The notes below the pieces were generated by a model that was not told the DNA's origin, did no database searches, and saw nothing but the letters and a program-made list of their open reading frames with translations. The position numbers were made by a program, and so were the translations under genes. A DNA stretch of 64,000 nt from Verrucomicrobiales bacterium (GTDB taxonomy: Bacteria; Verrucomicrobiota; Verrucomicrobiia; Limisphaerales; CANJXF01), in assembly GCA_947478865.1 (NCBI GenBank), contig CANJXF010000009.1:33463-97462 (forward strand), given 5' to 3'. This document shows positions 26,837-35,464 of this stretch, one piece after another; the first letter of the stretch is position 1; the number at the start of each line of letters is the position of its first letter.

Positions 26837-28534
26837 ATGAAAAAACGTTCACCCAAATACTCCCTTGGCTTGGATTACGGAACGAATTCCGTCCGTGCGC
26901 TGCTCGTCAATGTTGCTGACGGGCGCGAAGTCGCCACCGCCGTTTGGAATTATGAACATGGCAAAGAAGGCGTTCTCTTGTCAGCGGACCCAAATCTGGC
27001 GCGACAGCATCCGGCCGATTACGTGAAGGGTGCTGAAGTTACAATTCAAGACGCCTTGGCGATCGCAAAGAAAACGGTGCGCGGTTTCAAGCCCGAGCAA
27101 GTCATCGGCATCGGCGTGGACACGACCGGGAGCACCCCGATCCCAGTCGATGCTCGGGGAGTTCCCCTGGCGCTCAATCGGCGCTTCACCAAAAACCTCG
27201 ATGCCATGGCGTGGCTTTGGAAAGACCACACCAGCACGTCTGAGGCGACGGAAATAACGAAGCTGGCCCGCAAACTTCGTCCGCAATATCTGGCGAAGTG
27301 TGGCGGCACCTACAGTTCGGAATGGTTCTTCAGCAAGATTTTTCATTGCCTCCGGACCAGCCCGGACGTTTTCGATGCGGCCTCTTCCTGGGTGGAATTG
27401 GCCGACTGGATTCCCGCCATGCTGACGGGAACGGAAGCGCCGGATTTGTTGAAGGTCGGCGTTTGCGCGGCTGGTCACAAAGCGATGCACCACGAGCATT
27501 GGGCGGGTTATCCGGATGCAGAATTTCTTTCACGACTGGATCCGAAGCTCGGAAATTTGCGCCGCCGATTGTGTTCGCGCGTTCACGCGATCGATCACAC
27601 GGCAGGCAATTTGACCATCGATTGGGCAGTGCGAACCGGTTTGCCGCCCGGTCTTCCCGTCGCAATCGGGGCTTTCGATGCGCATCTTGGTGCGGTCGGA
27701 TGCGGCATTGCTCCCGGCACCTTAGTGAAGACGATCGGGACCAGCACCTGCGACATGATGGTGGTGCCACTCGGTCAGGAACTGGCGGATATTCCCGGTC
27801 TTTGCGGCATTGTGAATGGAAGCATTCTGCCCGGATTTTATGGGCTGGAAGCGGGTCAATCCGCCGTCGGCGACATTTTCAATTGGTTCGTGAACTATAT
27901 CCAGCCGCTGGGCGGAAAACTTGGTTCGCACGAAGCGTTGAGTCTGGCCGCTGAGAAATTGAAGCCGGGCCAATCCGGTTTGCTGGCGTTGGACTGGAAC
28001 AACGGAAACCGCACGATCTTGGTGGACCAGCGCCTCACCGGCCTGCTTCTGGGGCAAACGCTTTACACAAATCCGGCGGAGATTTATCGCGCGTTGATCG
28101 AGGCGACAGCCTTTGGCGCGCTCACTATCATCAATCGGCTCGAGGAATATGGAGTCAAGGTCAAGCAAGTCGTGAACTGCGGCGGCATCGCGGAAAAAAA
28201 TCCATTGGTCATGCAGATTTACGCCGACGTCACCGGACGCGAGATGCGCATCTCGCGCTCCGCCCAGACCTGCGCGTTGGGCGCGGCAATTGCCGGGGCG
28301 GTGGTCGCTGGAAAAGGGCAGGGCGGCTACGCACGTTTCAGCGACGCGCAAAAAGCGATGACCGGATTGAAGGCGCGCGTTTTCAAGCCAAACGCGAAAA
28401 ATCACGCGGTTTATCGAGAGCTGTATTCCATCTATCGAAAACTCCACGACGCTTTTGGGACCGAAGAATGGACCGGAAATTTATTTGATGTGATGAAGCG
28501 TTTGATGCAAATCCGGAACGCCGCTCGGAGCTGA
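26837..28534 (+). CDS. araB: L-ribulokinase (FGGY carbohydrate kinase family)
   Basis: Collinear with E. coli AraB from memory: LGLDYGTNSVRALLV, GIGVDTTGSTP.PVD, WLWKDHT, YSSEWFFSKI, AAGHKAMHHEHW. Start placed at MKKRSPKYSLGLDYG (26837). Confidence 0.88.
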   Translation: MKKRSPKYSLGLDYGTNSVRALLVNVADGREVATAVWNYEHGKEGVLLSADPNLARQHPADYVKGAEVTIQDALAIAKKTVRGFKPEQVIGIGVDTTGSTPIPVDARGVPLALNRRFTKNLDAMAWLWKDHTSTSEATEITKLARKLRPQYLAKCGGTYSSEWFFSKIFHCLRTSPDVFDAASSWVELADWIPAMLTGTEAPDLLKVGVCAAGHKAMHHEHWAGYPDAEFLSRLDPKLGNLRRRLCSRVHAIDHTAGNLTIDWAVRTGLPPGLPVAIGAFDAHLGAVGCGIAPGTLVKTIGTSTCDMMVVPLGQELADIPGLCGIVNGSILPGFYGLEAGQSAVGDIFNWFVNYIQPLGGKLGSHEALSLAAEKLKPGQSGLLALDWNNGNRTILVDQRLTGLLLGQTLYTNPAEIYRALIEATAFGALTIINRLEEYGVKVKQVVNCGGIAEKNPLVMQIYADVTGREMRISRSAQTCALGAAIAGAVVAGKGQGGYARFSDAQKAMTGLKARVFKPNAKNHAVYRELYSIYRKLHDAFGTEEWTGNLFDVMKRLMQIRNAARS

Positions 28535-28656
28535 AGTTGAAAAAAACTTCCACTGGCTTTTGAAATCGAGTTCGGTAACGTGACACCGAATTACCGATAC
28601 TTCGCACTTAAACTTTGCTGCCAACTGAAACCGCAGCATTAATCAGAATAGAACGC

Positions 28657-29766
28657 ATGAAAAATCTGACCGTTACCGCCGCCGCGCTTTGCCTGGGTAT
28701 TACCACCGGGTTTGCGCATGATTCCGGACCCGCCCACACCCATGACGAGGCGCCTTCCACCCAAGTGCTGAGGTTTGTGGTAGAGAAAAAAGGGCCGGTC
28801 AAAGCGCCCGATTTGTTGAAAGAAAAAGTGCCGGTCAGCGGGCAAGGTTTTTGGAAATTCATCGCGGCCAAAGATGCCGTGCCGACTCCGCCGGAGACTC
28901 AGCCCTTTTTGAAAGGCGCACACGGAACGATCATTTTTGATTCCAAGCGGGACACCGTTTATTGGGGCTTGGAAAAAGTCGGCTTTGTCGCATTCAGTAA
29001 CCACCTCTCGCAATCGTGGGTGGTGAAAGGTGACGCGGCGTTTACCGCGGGCGGCTTGCACGGCGCTGATATTTTGCAGCGCGCAGGAAAATCTCCAATG
29101 GTTGCCGTTGCCGACAATGTGAAGGGCGAAGTTTATCTGACCGACACCACCTTCCAGCATGCCGACCGTCTCGACTGGCCGGCGACTGAGCCTTACAAGG
29201 ACAAGAAAGAATATCATCCAACCGACACCGCCTTTATCAATGCGAAGGAGATGTTTGTCACCGACGGTTACGGCAAAGGATTCTTCATGCCCGTGACGAC
29301 TACTCCATTGAAATACAAAGGATCGTTTTTCGGTGGCAAATCCTTGTCCCAGACCCCTCACGGGATTACCTACGATTCCTCAGATAAATCGATGTATATC
29401 TCGGCGCGTCCGGAAGGGCTGATCAAAAAATGGTCCATCGCCAAAGAAAAGATTGCCGCGATTTCTGCTTTGCCCCCCGGCAACAGCGTTTGCGACATTG
29501 ATCTCTGGGGCCATTATGCGTTGGTGCCGTGCCTGGATGGCGCGAATAAAACTCCCGGCCCCCTGTTCATCGTCAACCTCAAAACACAATCGATTGTGTC
29601 AACGATTCGGCCCAAGGAAGATTTGGGCTATGCCGACGCGCAACACATGCACGACGCCGCCTGGTATTTCCACAAAAAGGGTGGCAAGACGGAAGTTTAT
29701 ATTATTTTCACGAATTGGAATCCCGGCGGCATCGGTGCGCTCAAGCTGGTCAATCTTCCTGATTAA
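28657..29766 (+). CDS. Secreted beta-propeller-like protein of unknown function (His-rich N-terminus)
   Basis: Signal peptide MKNLTVTAAALCLGITTGFA followed by HDSGPAHTHDE. Repeated blade-like segments (VYWGLEK.., EVYLTD.., MFVTDGYG.., MYISARP.., LFIVNL.., VYIIFTNWNPGG). Good coding appearance, but functional assignment is weak. Confidence 0.6.
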   Translation: MKNLTVTAAALCLGITTGFAHDSGPAHTHDEAPSTQVLRFVVEKKGPVKAPDLLKEKVPVSGQGFWKFIAAKDAVPTPPETQPFLKGAHGTIIFDSKRDTVYWGLEKVGFVAFSNHLSQSWVVKGDAAFTAGGLHGADILQRAGKSPMVAVADNVKGEVYLTDTTFQHADRLDWPATEPYKDKKEYHPTDTAFINAKEMFVTDGYGKGFFMPVTTTPLKYKGSFFGGKSLSQTPHGITYDSSDKSMYISARPEGLIKKWSIAKEKIAAISALPPGNSVCDIDLWGHYALVPCLDGANKTPGPLFIVNLKTQSIVSTIRPKEDLGYADAQHMHDAAWYFHKKGGKTEVYIIFTNWNPGGIGALKLVNLPD

Positions 29767-29837
29767 GCCCTTGACCGGGTTCAGGGGGAAGGTCGCTGTT
29801 GCAGAAGGGTGAGCCTTTTTAAAATTCAAATTTTGAA

Positions 29838-31301
29838 ATGAATTCCGGCAAGATTTTGTTGATCGATGACGACGCGCAATTGCGTCGCACCCTTCGGTTG
29901 ATTATTCAAAATCAAGGCTTTCAGGTGTTGGAAGCGGAGAATGAAGCGGAGGGTGTCAGTTTGGCTGAGCAGAATAATCCCCGGTTGATTATTTGCGACG
30001 TCAATATGACTCAGGGTGACGGCTACTCGACACTGGAAAGACTCAGGCAAAATCCGGTCACGGCGTTGATACCGTTTATTCTCATGACTGGCCGGCCGAG
30101 CGATGTGGGAATGCGCCGTGGCATGGCTGGCGGTGCCGACGATTACCTCGAAAAACCTTTCAACGCCGATTCTCTCATCGCGACCGTGCGTGCTCGGCTG
30201 AGAAAAAAGGAACTGCTCAGCGCGCAAGCCAAACAAACCGAGGCCCGTTTGGTGGCAACCCTTGAAGCGACTCCGGACCTTGTGGCCATCACGGATAAGA
30301 ATGAGAAATGCGTTTACCTCAATCACGCGGGCCGAAGGATGCTCGGGATTGGCGAGACCGAGAAGCTTACTGATTTTCACGTTGAGAAATTGATATCCAG
30401 ATTGGCTCTGACATCGCCCGAACCGGATGCAGCGGCAGCTTTGTTGCGAGACGGAATGTGGTCGGGCGAAAGCGTCTTGTGCAGTCGTGCTGGCAGGGAA
30501 ATTCCGATTTCTCATCTCATTCTTTCCAACCAGATTGATGGAGCGTTGCAATTCCATTCCATTTTTGCTCGAGATATTTCTGAACGAAAAATGGCCGAAG
30601 CTCTGATGCGCGAATCCAACCAGCGCCTTCAGATGCTCTCGGCCAACCTGGTAAACATCCAGGAAATGGAGAAACGCCATCTCGCACGGGAATTGCACGA
30701 CGAAATTGGCCAGGCTTTAACTGCGACGAAAATCAACCTGGAGGGAGCCCTGCAATTGGCGCCTGAAGGACCACTCGCCGTGCGCTTAGGTAAAAGTGTT
30801 GCAGTGCTGGATCGGCTCCTGCAACAAGTTCGAAACATGTCGTTGGATCTGGGCCCGCCGTTGCTGGATGACCTAGGGCTGGTTCCCGCCCTTCGTTGGT
30901 ACATGGATCAGTGGTCACAACGAACGGGAATTTCCGCCCGCTTTTCGGCCGATTCAAAATTGGAGCGGATGGATTCGTCGATTGAAACCGCTTGCTTTCG
31001 CGTGGCGCAAGAGGCCCTCACCAATGTGATTCGCCACGCTCACGCCACGAACGTGCTGGTTAAAATCATTTGCGAAAACAAAACGTTGTTCTTGTCTATT
31101 AGCGACGATGGGGTCGGCTTCAATTGGCTTGCCACGCGCGCCCGTGCGCAACGCGGTTCGGGCCTTGGACTGCTCGGAATGGAGGAGCGCGTTTCGTTGG
31201 TGGGAGGTACACTCCGGATCGAGAGCCAGCCAGAGCAGGGGACGAGGATCATGGCGTGTTTCCCATTCCTTGGTTCGCCTATTGAGGCTCCGCGAAATTA
31301 A
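29838..31301 (+). CDS. Hybrid sensor histidine kinase: N-terminal receiver - PAS - HisKA_3 - HATPase_c
   Basis: Receiver (KILLIDDD...LIICDVNMTQGDG...LMTGRP...DDYLEKPF), a PAS-like middle region, H-box HLARELHDEIGQALTA (HisKA_3, NarX/DegS type), and an ATPase region (...RVAQEALTNVIRHA...ISDDGVGF...GLGLLGMEERV). Confidence 0.88.
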   Translation: MNSGKILLIDDDAQLRRTLRLIIQNQGFQVLEAENEAEGVSLAEQNNPRLIICDVNMTQGDGYSTLERLRQNPVTALIPFILMTGRPSDVGMRRGMAGGADDYLEKPFNADSLIATVRARLRKKELLSAQAKQTEARLVATLEATPDLVAITDKNEKCVYLNHAGRRMLGIGETEKLTDFHVEKLISRLALTSPEPDAAAALLRDGMWSGESVLCSRAGREIPISHLILSNQIDGALQFHSIFARDISERKMAEALMRESNQRLQMLSANLVNIQEMEKRHLARELHDEIGQALTATKINLEGALQLAPEGPLAVRLGKSVAVLDRLLQQVRNMSLDLGPPLLDDLGLVPALRWYMDQWSQRTGISARFSADSKLERMDSSIETACFRVAQEALTNVIRHAHATNVLVKIICENKTLFLSISDDGVGFNWLATRARAQRGSGLGLLGMEERVSLVGGTLRIESQPEQGTRIMACFPFLGSPIEAPRN

Positions 31302-31302
31302 T

Positions 31303-31950
31303 ATGACTCGTGTCCTTTTAGCTGACGATCACACGCTGGTTCGGGCAGGCATTCATTCCCTTTTGGAAAAACTCCCGGGCATCCAAGTCGTTGGCGAAGC
31401 GAGCGACGGTCGTGAAGCGTTGCACCTGATCAAGACGATGTCTCCGAACATCGTCTTGCTCGACATTACAATGGGTGGAATGAACGGATTGGATGTGGCT
31501 GTGCGGGCCGTAAAAGATTTTCCGCACGTCAAGGTCATCATCCTTTCGATGCATTCAAACGAAGAGTATGTAATCCAGGCCTTGCGGATCGGCGTGTCTG
31601 GCTACCTGCTCAAAGACGCCGCCACCACCGAGCTGGAGCTGGCTTTGAATTCGGTCATCCATGGAGAAACTTACCTAAGCCCCGCAGTTTCCAAAAAGGT
31701 GATCAACAACTACCTCAAACGAGTTGGTGATGTGCAGGATCCGGATGATTCGCTTACACCGCGCCAACGCGAAATTCTTCAACTTGTCGCGGAAGGGAAA
31801 TCCACCAAGGAAATTGCGTTCATGTTATCCGTCAGCGTCAAAACGATCGAGGCGCACCGCGCCCAGATGATGGATCGCATCGGCATTCACGATATTGCAG
31901 GCCTTGTTCGATACGCGATTCGCATCGGTTTGATTGACTCGGACCGGTAA
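31303..31950 (+). CDS. NarL/FixJ-family response regulator (REC + LuxR-type HTH)
   Basis: MTRVLLADDHTLVRAGI...IVLLDITMGGMNGLD...ILSMH, plus the C-terminal LTPRQREILQLVAEGKSTKEIAFMLSVSVKTIEAHRAQMM. The ATG lies 1 nt after the kinase stop. Confidence 0.9.
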   Translation: MTRVLLADDHTLVRAGIHSLLEKLPGIQVVGEASDGREALHLIKTMSPNIVLLDITMGGMNGLDVAVRAVKDFPHVKVIILSMHSNEEYVIQALRIGVSGYLLKDAATTELELALNSVIHGETYLSPAVSKKVINNYLKRVGDVQDPDDSLTPRQREILQLVAEGKSTKEIAFMLSVSVKTIEAHRAQMMDRIGIHDIAGLVRYAIRIGLIDSDR

Positions 31951-32137
31951 AGCGCGAGTAATAAAACTGGTTTAACGAGAACCTTTTCTCCGCTGCTTGT
32001 CAGGAAGGCAAGCCTTTTGAAGACCGCTTCCGTTTCTTAGGGTATTAAGAGTTCCCAGTTAAGGGTAGCCCCTATGGTTGTTCCCCAGCGTTGATTTAAT
32101 CTTGTCCTAGTCACGCAACGAATGCGCGATGTAACGA

Positions 32138-32623
32138 ATGACCAATCATATGGAACTCTTCATAGAAATTCTTGCTTGTGGCGCCGTCCTTGGCTTTGTC
32201 CTTGCCCGTTTTCGCTCTCGGCCACCGTTCCCGCTGGATAGCCAAGAGGTTGAAATATGGGCGATGCGTTATTTTCCTGACGATAGTCGCGGAATTGCGG
32301 TTTTGGCCGCGAATATTTTGATCCGTCAATCCGGTATTTCGCTGGAGGAACTTTCGCCTGCGAGCCGGGTCAAATATGAATTGAAGGCTTATTTCTTTTT
32401 CAAGCCGAGTGTCTATTTTCGAGCCCTCGAGGAATCGTTCGGAACTGCTATATCCGTTGAGGACCGCAGCAAAATCAAAGATTTTGGCACGCTCGTTAAC
32501 TATTTGCGCGAATGTCCACGGGAAGAAACGATCGAGCCGGAATACCGGAAAGAGCCGGTTCGCAACCCGGCCGTCTCAAAACCCATTCAGATGCCTCGCA
32601 TGCAACCGCTGGCGAACCTGTAA
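32138..32623 (+). CDS. Hypothetical protein with an N-terminal membrane anchor
   Basis: 161-aa ORF with one N-terminal hydrophobic helix (LFIEILACGAVLGFVLA). No recognised domain. Lies downstream of the two-component pair. Confidence 0.45.
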   Translation: MTNHMELFIEILACGAVLGFVLARFRSRPPFPLDSQEVEIWAMRYFPDDSRGIAVLAANILIRQSGISLEELSPASRVKYELKAYFFFKPSVYFRALEESFGTAISVEDRSKIKDFGTLVNYLRECPREETIEPEYRKEPVRNPAVSKPIQMPRMQPLANL

Positions 32624-32788
32624 TAGTTCCTGAAGGGAACGGGTAATTAGAAAGTTTTGGCCTGCCAAATCGTTGGCTTTTCAATGGGCAGTTTTCCGGA
32701 TTCACCGTTGGTTTTTCGGTTTTGATTCGAGTTGAAAAATGAATTTTTTTATTGAACTTGCCTGATTTTCTACGGACTTTTGTAAGTC

Positions 32789-35425
32789 ATGAAACGATTT
32801 TTATTGCTGCCTTGCATCCTGTTGTCGCTCGCCTTTTCCCTTACAGAGCGCGCTGCAGCATTCGAGCTGAAGAAGAACGAACACATTTGCCTCATCGGAA
32901 ATGCGCTCGCCGACCGGATGCAACACGATAATTGGCTGGAAACGCTGATTTACGCGAAGTTTCCGGGCGAAAATCTTGTTTTTCGTAACCTCGCCTTTGC
33001 CGGAGATGAAGTGGCCTCCCGGCATCGCTCAGAAAACTTTGGGTCGCCTGACCAATGGCTTACGAAAACCAAGGCGGACGTGATTTTTGCTTTCTTCGGG
33101 TTCAACGAATCGTTCAAAGGCGATGCAGGTCTTGATGCTTTCAAAAAGGATCTCCACAGCTTTCTAAAGGACACCAAAGGCAAAAACTACAGCGGCAACG
33201 GATCGCCTCGAATCGTTTTGTTTTCGCCCATCGCGAACGAGAAATTGCGCGACCCTAACTATCCCGATCCGAAAGCGAATAACGATAACCTTGCGAAATA
33301 CACCGCAGCGATGGCTGAGGTCGCTAAATCAGAAGACGTCTTATTCGTGAATTTATTTACGGTTTCTCAGGAGCTTTACGCGCAAGCGGCAAAAAAAGGC
33401 GGGTCGCTTACGATCAACACCCTGCACCTCACGGAGGCAGGAAACAAGATGCTTGCCCAAGAGATTTTCCGCGCACTGTTCAACGAGAAACCGCCCACCA
33501 AGAATCTCGAAAAACTCCGTGCAGCTGTTGCGGATAAAGCGACCGAATGGCATGCGCGTTATCGGACCGTGGATGGATACAATGTTTATGGCGGGCGCTC
33601 AAAATTGTCCTTCCCCAAAGCGGGTAAAGATTCTGAAAAAATCACTAACTTTGACGTCATGCAGCAGGAAATGGCGCAGCGCGACGTGAAAACAGCCAAC
33701 CGTGACCAGGTTATTTGGGCGGTGGCCAAAGGAGGTGAAATGAAGGTGGACGATTCCAATCTGCCATCTGTGGAAACGTTTGCTTCGAACAAGCCAGACA
33801 TACATCCGTTTCTCAGCGGCGAAGAAGCGATTCGCCACATGACCGTGGCAAAAGGCTGCAAAATAAATCTATTTGCGAGTGAAGAAAAATTTCCTGAACT
33901 GGTGAGTCCCGTGCAGATGACTTTTGACACGAAAGGACGCCTTTGGGTCGCGGCTTGGCCAAGCTATCCAGAGCGCACTCCGACCAGCACGGTGGGCGAT
34001 AAACTTCTCGTCTTCGAGGACACCAATGGGGATGGCAAGGCGGATAAGGTAACGACATTCCTTGATGGGTTAAATTGCCCCACCGGTTTTCAATTTTACA
34101 AGGATGGCGTGCTCGTCATGCAGGCGCCGGATTTATGGTTCGTGCGGGATACGGATGGCGATGGCAAAGCGGATTGGAAAGAACGCGTGCTCATGGGAAT
34201 GGATTCCGCAGATTCACATCACACGGCTAATGCAATGGTGCTCGATCCGGGCGGCGCGACTTATCTGAGCGACGGTGTTTTTCACCGCACCCAGGTTGAA
34301 ACAGCCTCGGGCTTGGTTCTCAATAACGACGGGTGCATTTATCGTTTCGAACCGCGCACCGGCAAGTTTGAACGTTACGTTTCGTATGGCTTTGCAAATC
34401 CCCACGGACGGGTGTTCGATTATTGGGGCACGGACATCATCACCGATGCTACCGGCAATGCGAATTACTTTGCGCCGGCCTTCAGCGGGTTCATCGAATA
34501 TCCGGCCAAGCATCCGGGCATGCAGGAATTCTGGAAACGCCCTTCGCGCCCCTGCCCAGGCACAGGCATTTTATCGAGCCGTCATTTTCCAGAGGAATTT
34601 CAAAACAATTTCCTGAACATCAACGTGATTGGATTTCAGGGGATTTTCCGTGTCAAGGTGGGCGATTCAGGCGCGGGTCTGAAGGGCGAGACGATCGAGG
34701 ACAATCTCGTCAAATCGGATGATGCAAACTTTCGTCCTTCTGCTGTAAATATCGCTCCGGATGGTTCAATTTACTTCAGTGATTGGGCCAAGCCGCTCAT
34801 CGGGCACATGCAACATCATATTCGCGATCCGAACCGTGACAAAACTCACGGACGCATTTACCGAATCACCTATGAAGGTCGTCCTTTGCTTAAGCCGGTG
34901 CCAATCGACGGCGAACCGATCAAAAAATTGCTCGAAGCGCTCAAGACTCCGGAAGATGACGTCCGCACTCGCGCAAAAATCGAATTGGGTAAGCACGACA
35001 GCTCCAAAGTGATCGCCGCCACGAAAATCTGGGCTGCCTCACTCGATCCAAAGGACAAAGCGTATGAGCATCACATGATGGAAGCGCTTTGGGTTCATCA
35101 GTGGCACAACGTCGTTGATGAAGCGTTGCTGAAGAAAATGCTGCGCTCACCCGATTTCCATGCGCGCGCCGCAGCCACCCGTGTTCTTTGCTATTGGCGC
35201 GATCGCGTCAGCAACCCACTTGCCTTGCTCGAAGTTCAGGCGAAGGATGAAAGTCCGCGCGTGCGACTCGAAGCGGTGAGAGCTTGCAGCTTTTTCAAAT
35301 CCAGCAAAGCGGCGGAAGTCGCGCTCTCCGCCTTGGAAAAAGAGGCGAATCCCGATAAGCCTGATTACTACATCAAATACTGCCTTGATGAAACGATGAA
35401 GGCGCTCGACAAGTATTTGAAATAA
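32789..35425 (+). CDS. Secreted SGNH/GDSL-hydrolase domain + PVC-type 'membrane-bound dehydrogenase' beta-propeller domain + HEAT repeats (no heme motif)
   Basis: After the signal peptide, the SGNH part reads ICLIGNALADR...FAGDE...VIFAFFGFNES...LHLTEAGNKMLAQ. The dehydrogenase-domain signature is ...MTVAKGCKINLFASEEKFPELVSPVQMTFDTKGRLWVAAWPSYP...LVFEDTNGDGKADK.... The C-terminal HEAT-like repeats (DVRTRAKIELG..., HARAAATRVL..., PRVRLEAVRA) follow. No CxxCH anywhere in the protein. Confidence 0.85.
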   Translation: MKRFLLLPCILLSLAFSLTERAAAFELKKNEHICLIGNALADRMQHDNWLETLIYAKFPGENLVFRNLAFAGDEVASRHRSENFGSPDQWLTKTKADVIFAFFGFNESFKGDAGLDAFKKDLHSFLKDTKGKNYSGNGSPRIVLFSPIANEKLRDPNYPDPKANNDNLAKYTAAMAEVAKSEDVLFVNLFTVSQELYAQAAKKGGSLTINTLHLTEAGNKMLAQEIFRALFNEKPPTKNLEKLRAAVADKATEWHARYRTVDGYNVYGGRSKLSFPKAGKDSEKITNFDVMQQEMAQRDVKTANRDQVIWAVAKGGEMKVDDSNLPSVETFASNKPDIHPFLSGEEAIRHMTVAKGCKINLFASEEKFPELVSPVQMTFDTKGRLWVAAWPSYPERTPTSTVGDKLLVFEDTNGDGKADKVTTFLDGLNCPTGFQFYKDGVLVMQAPDLWFVRDTDGDGKADWKERVLMGMDSADSHHTANAMVLDPGGATYLSDGVFHRTQVETASGLVLNNDGCIYRFEPRTGKFERYVSYGFANPHGRVFDYWGTDIITDATGNANYFAPAFSGFIEYPAKHPGMQEFWKRPSRPCPGTGILSSRHFPEEFQNNFLNINVIGFQGIFRVKVGDSGAGLKGETIEDNLVKSDDANFRPSAVNIAPDGSIYFSDWAKPLIGHMQHHIRDPNRDKTHGRIYRITYEGRPLLKPVPIDGEPIKKLLEALKTPEDDVRTRAKIELGKHDSSKVIAATKIWAASLDPKDKAYEHHMMEALWVHQWHNVVDEALLKKMLRSPDFHARAAATRVLCYWRDRVSNPLALLEVQAKDESPRVRLEAVRACSFFKSSKAAEVALSALEKEANPDKPDYYIKYCLDETMKALDKYLK

Positions 35426-35464
35426 AGCGTGCAAGTCTGTTCCTGGTAGATTGACGATGCTGAA

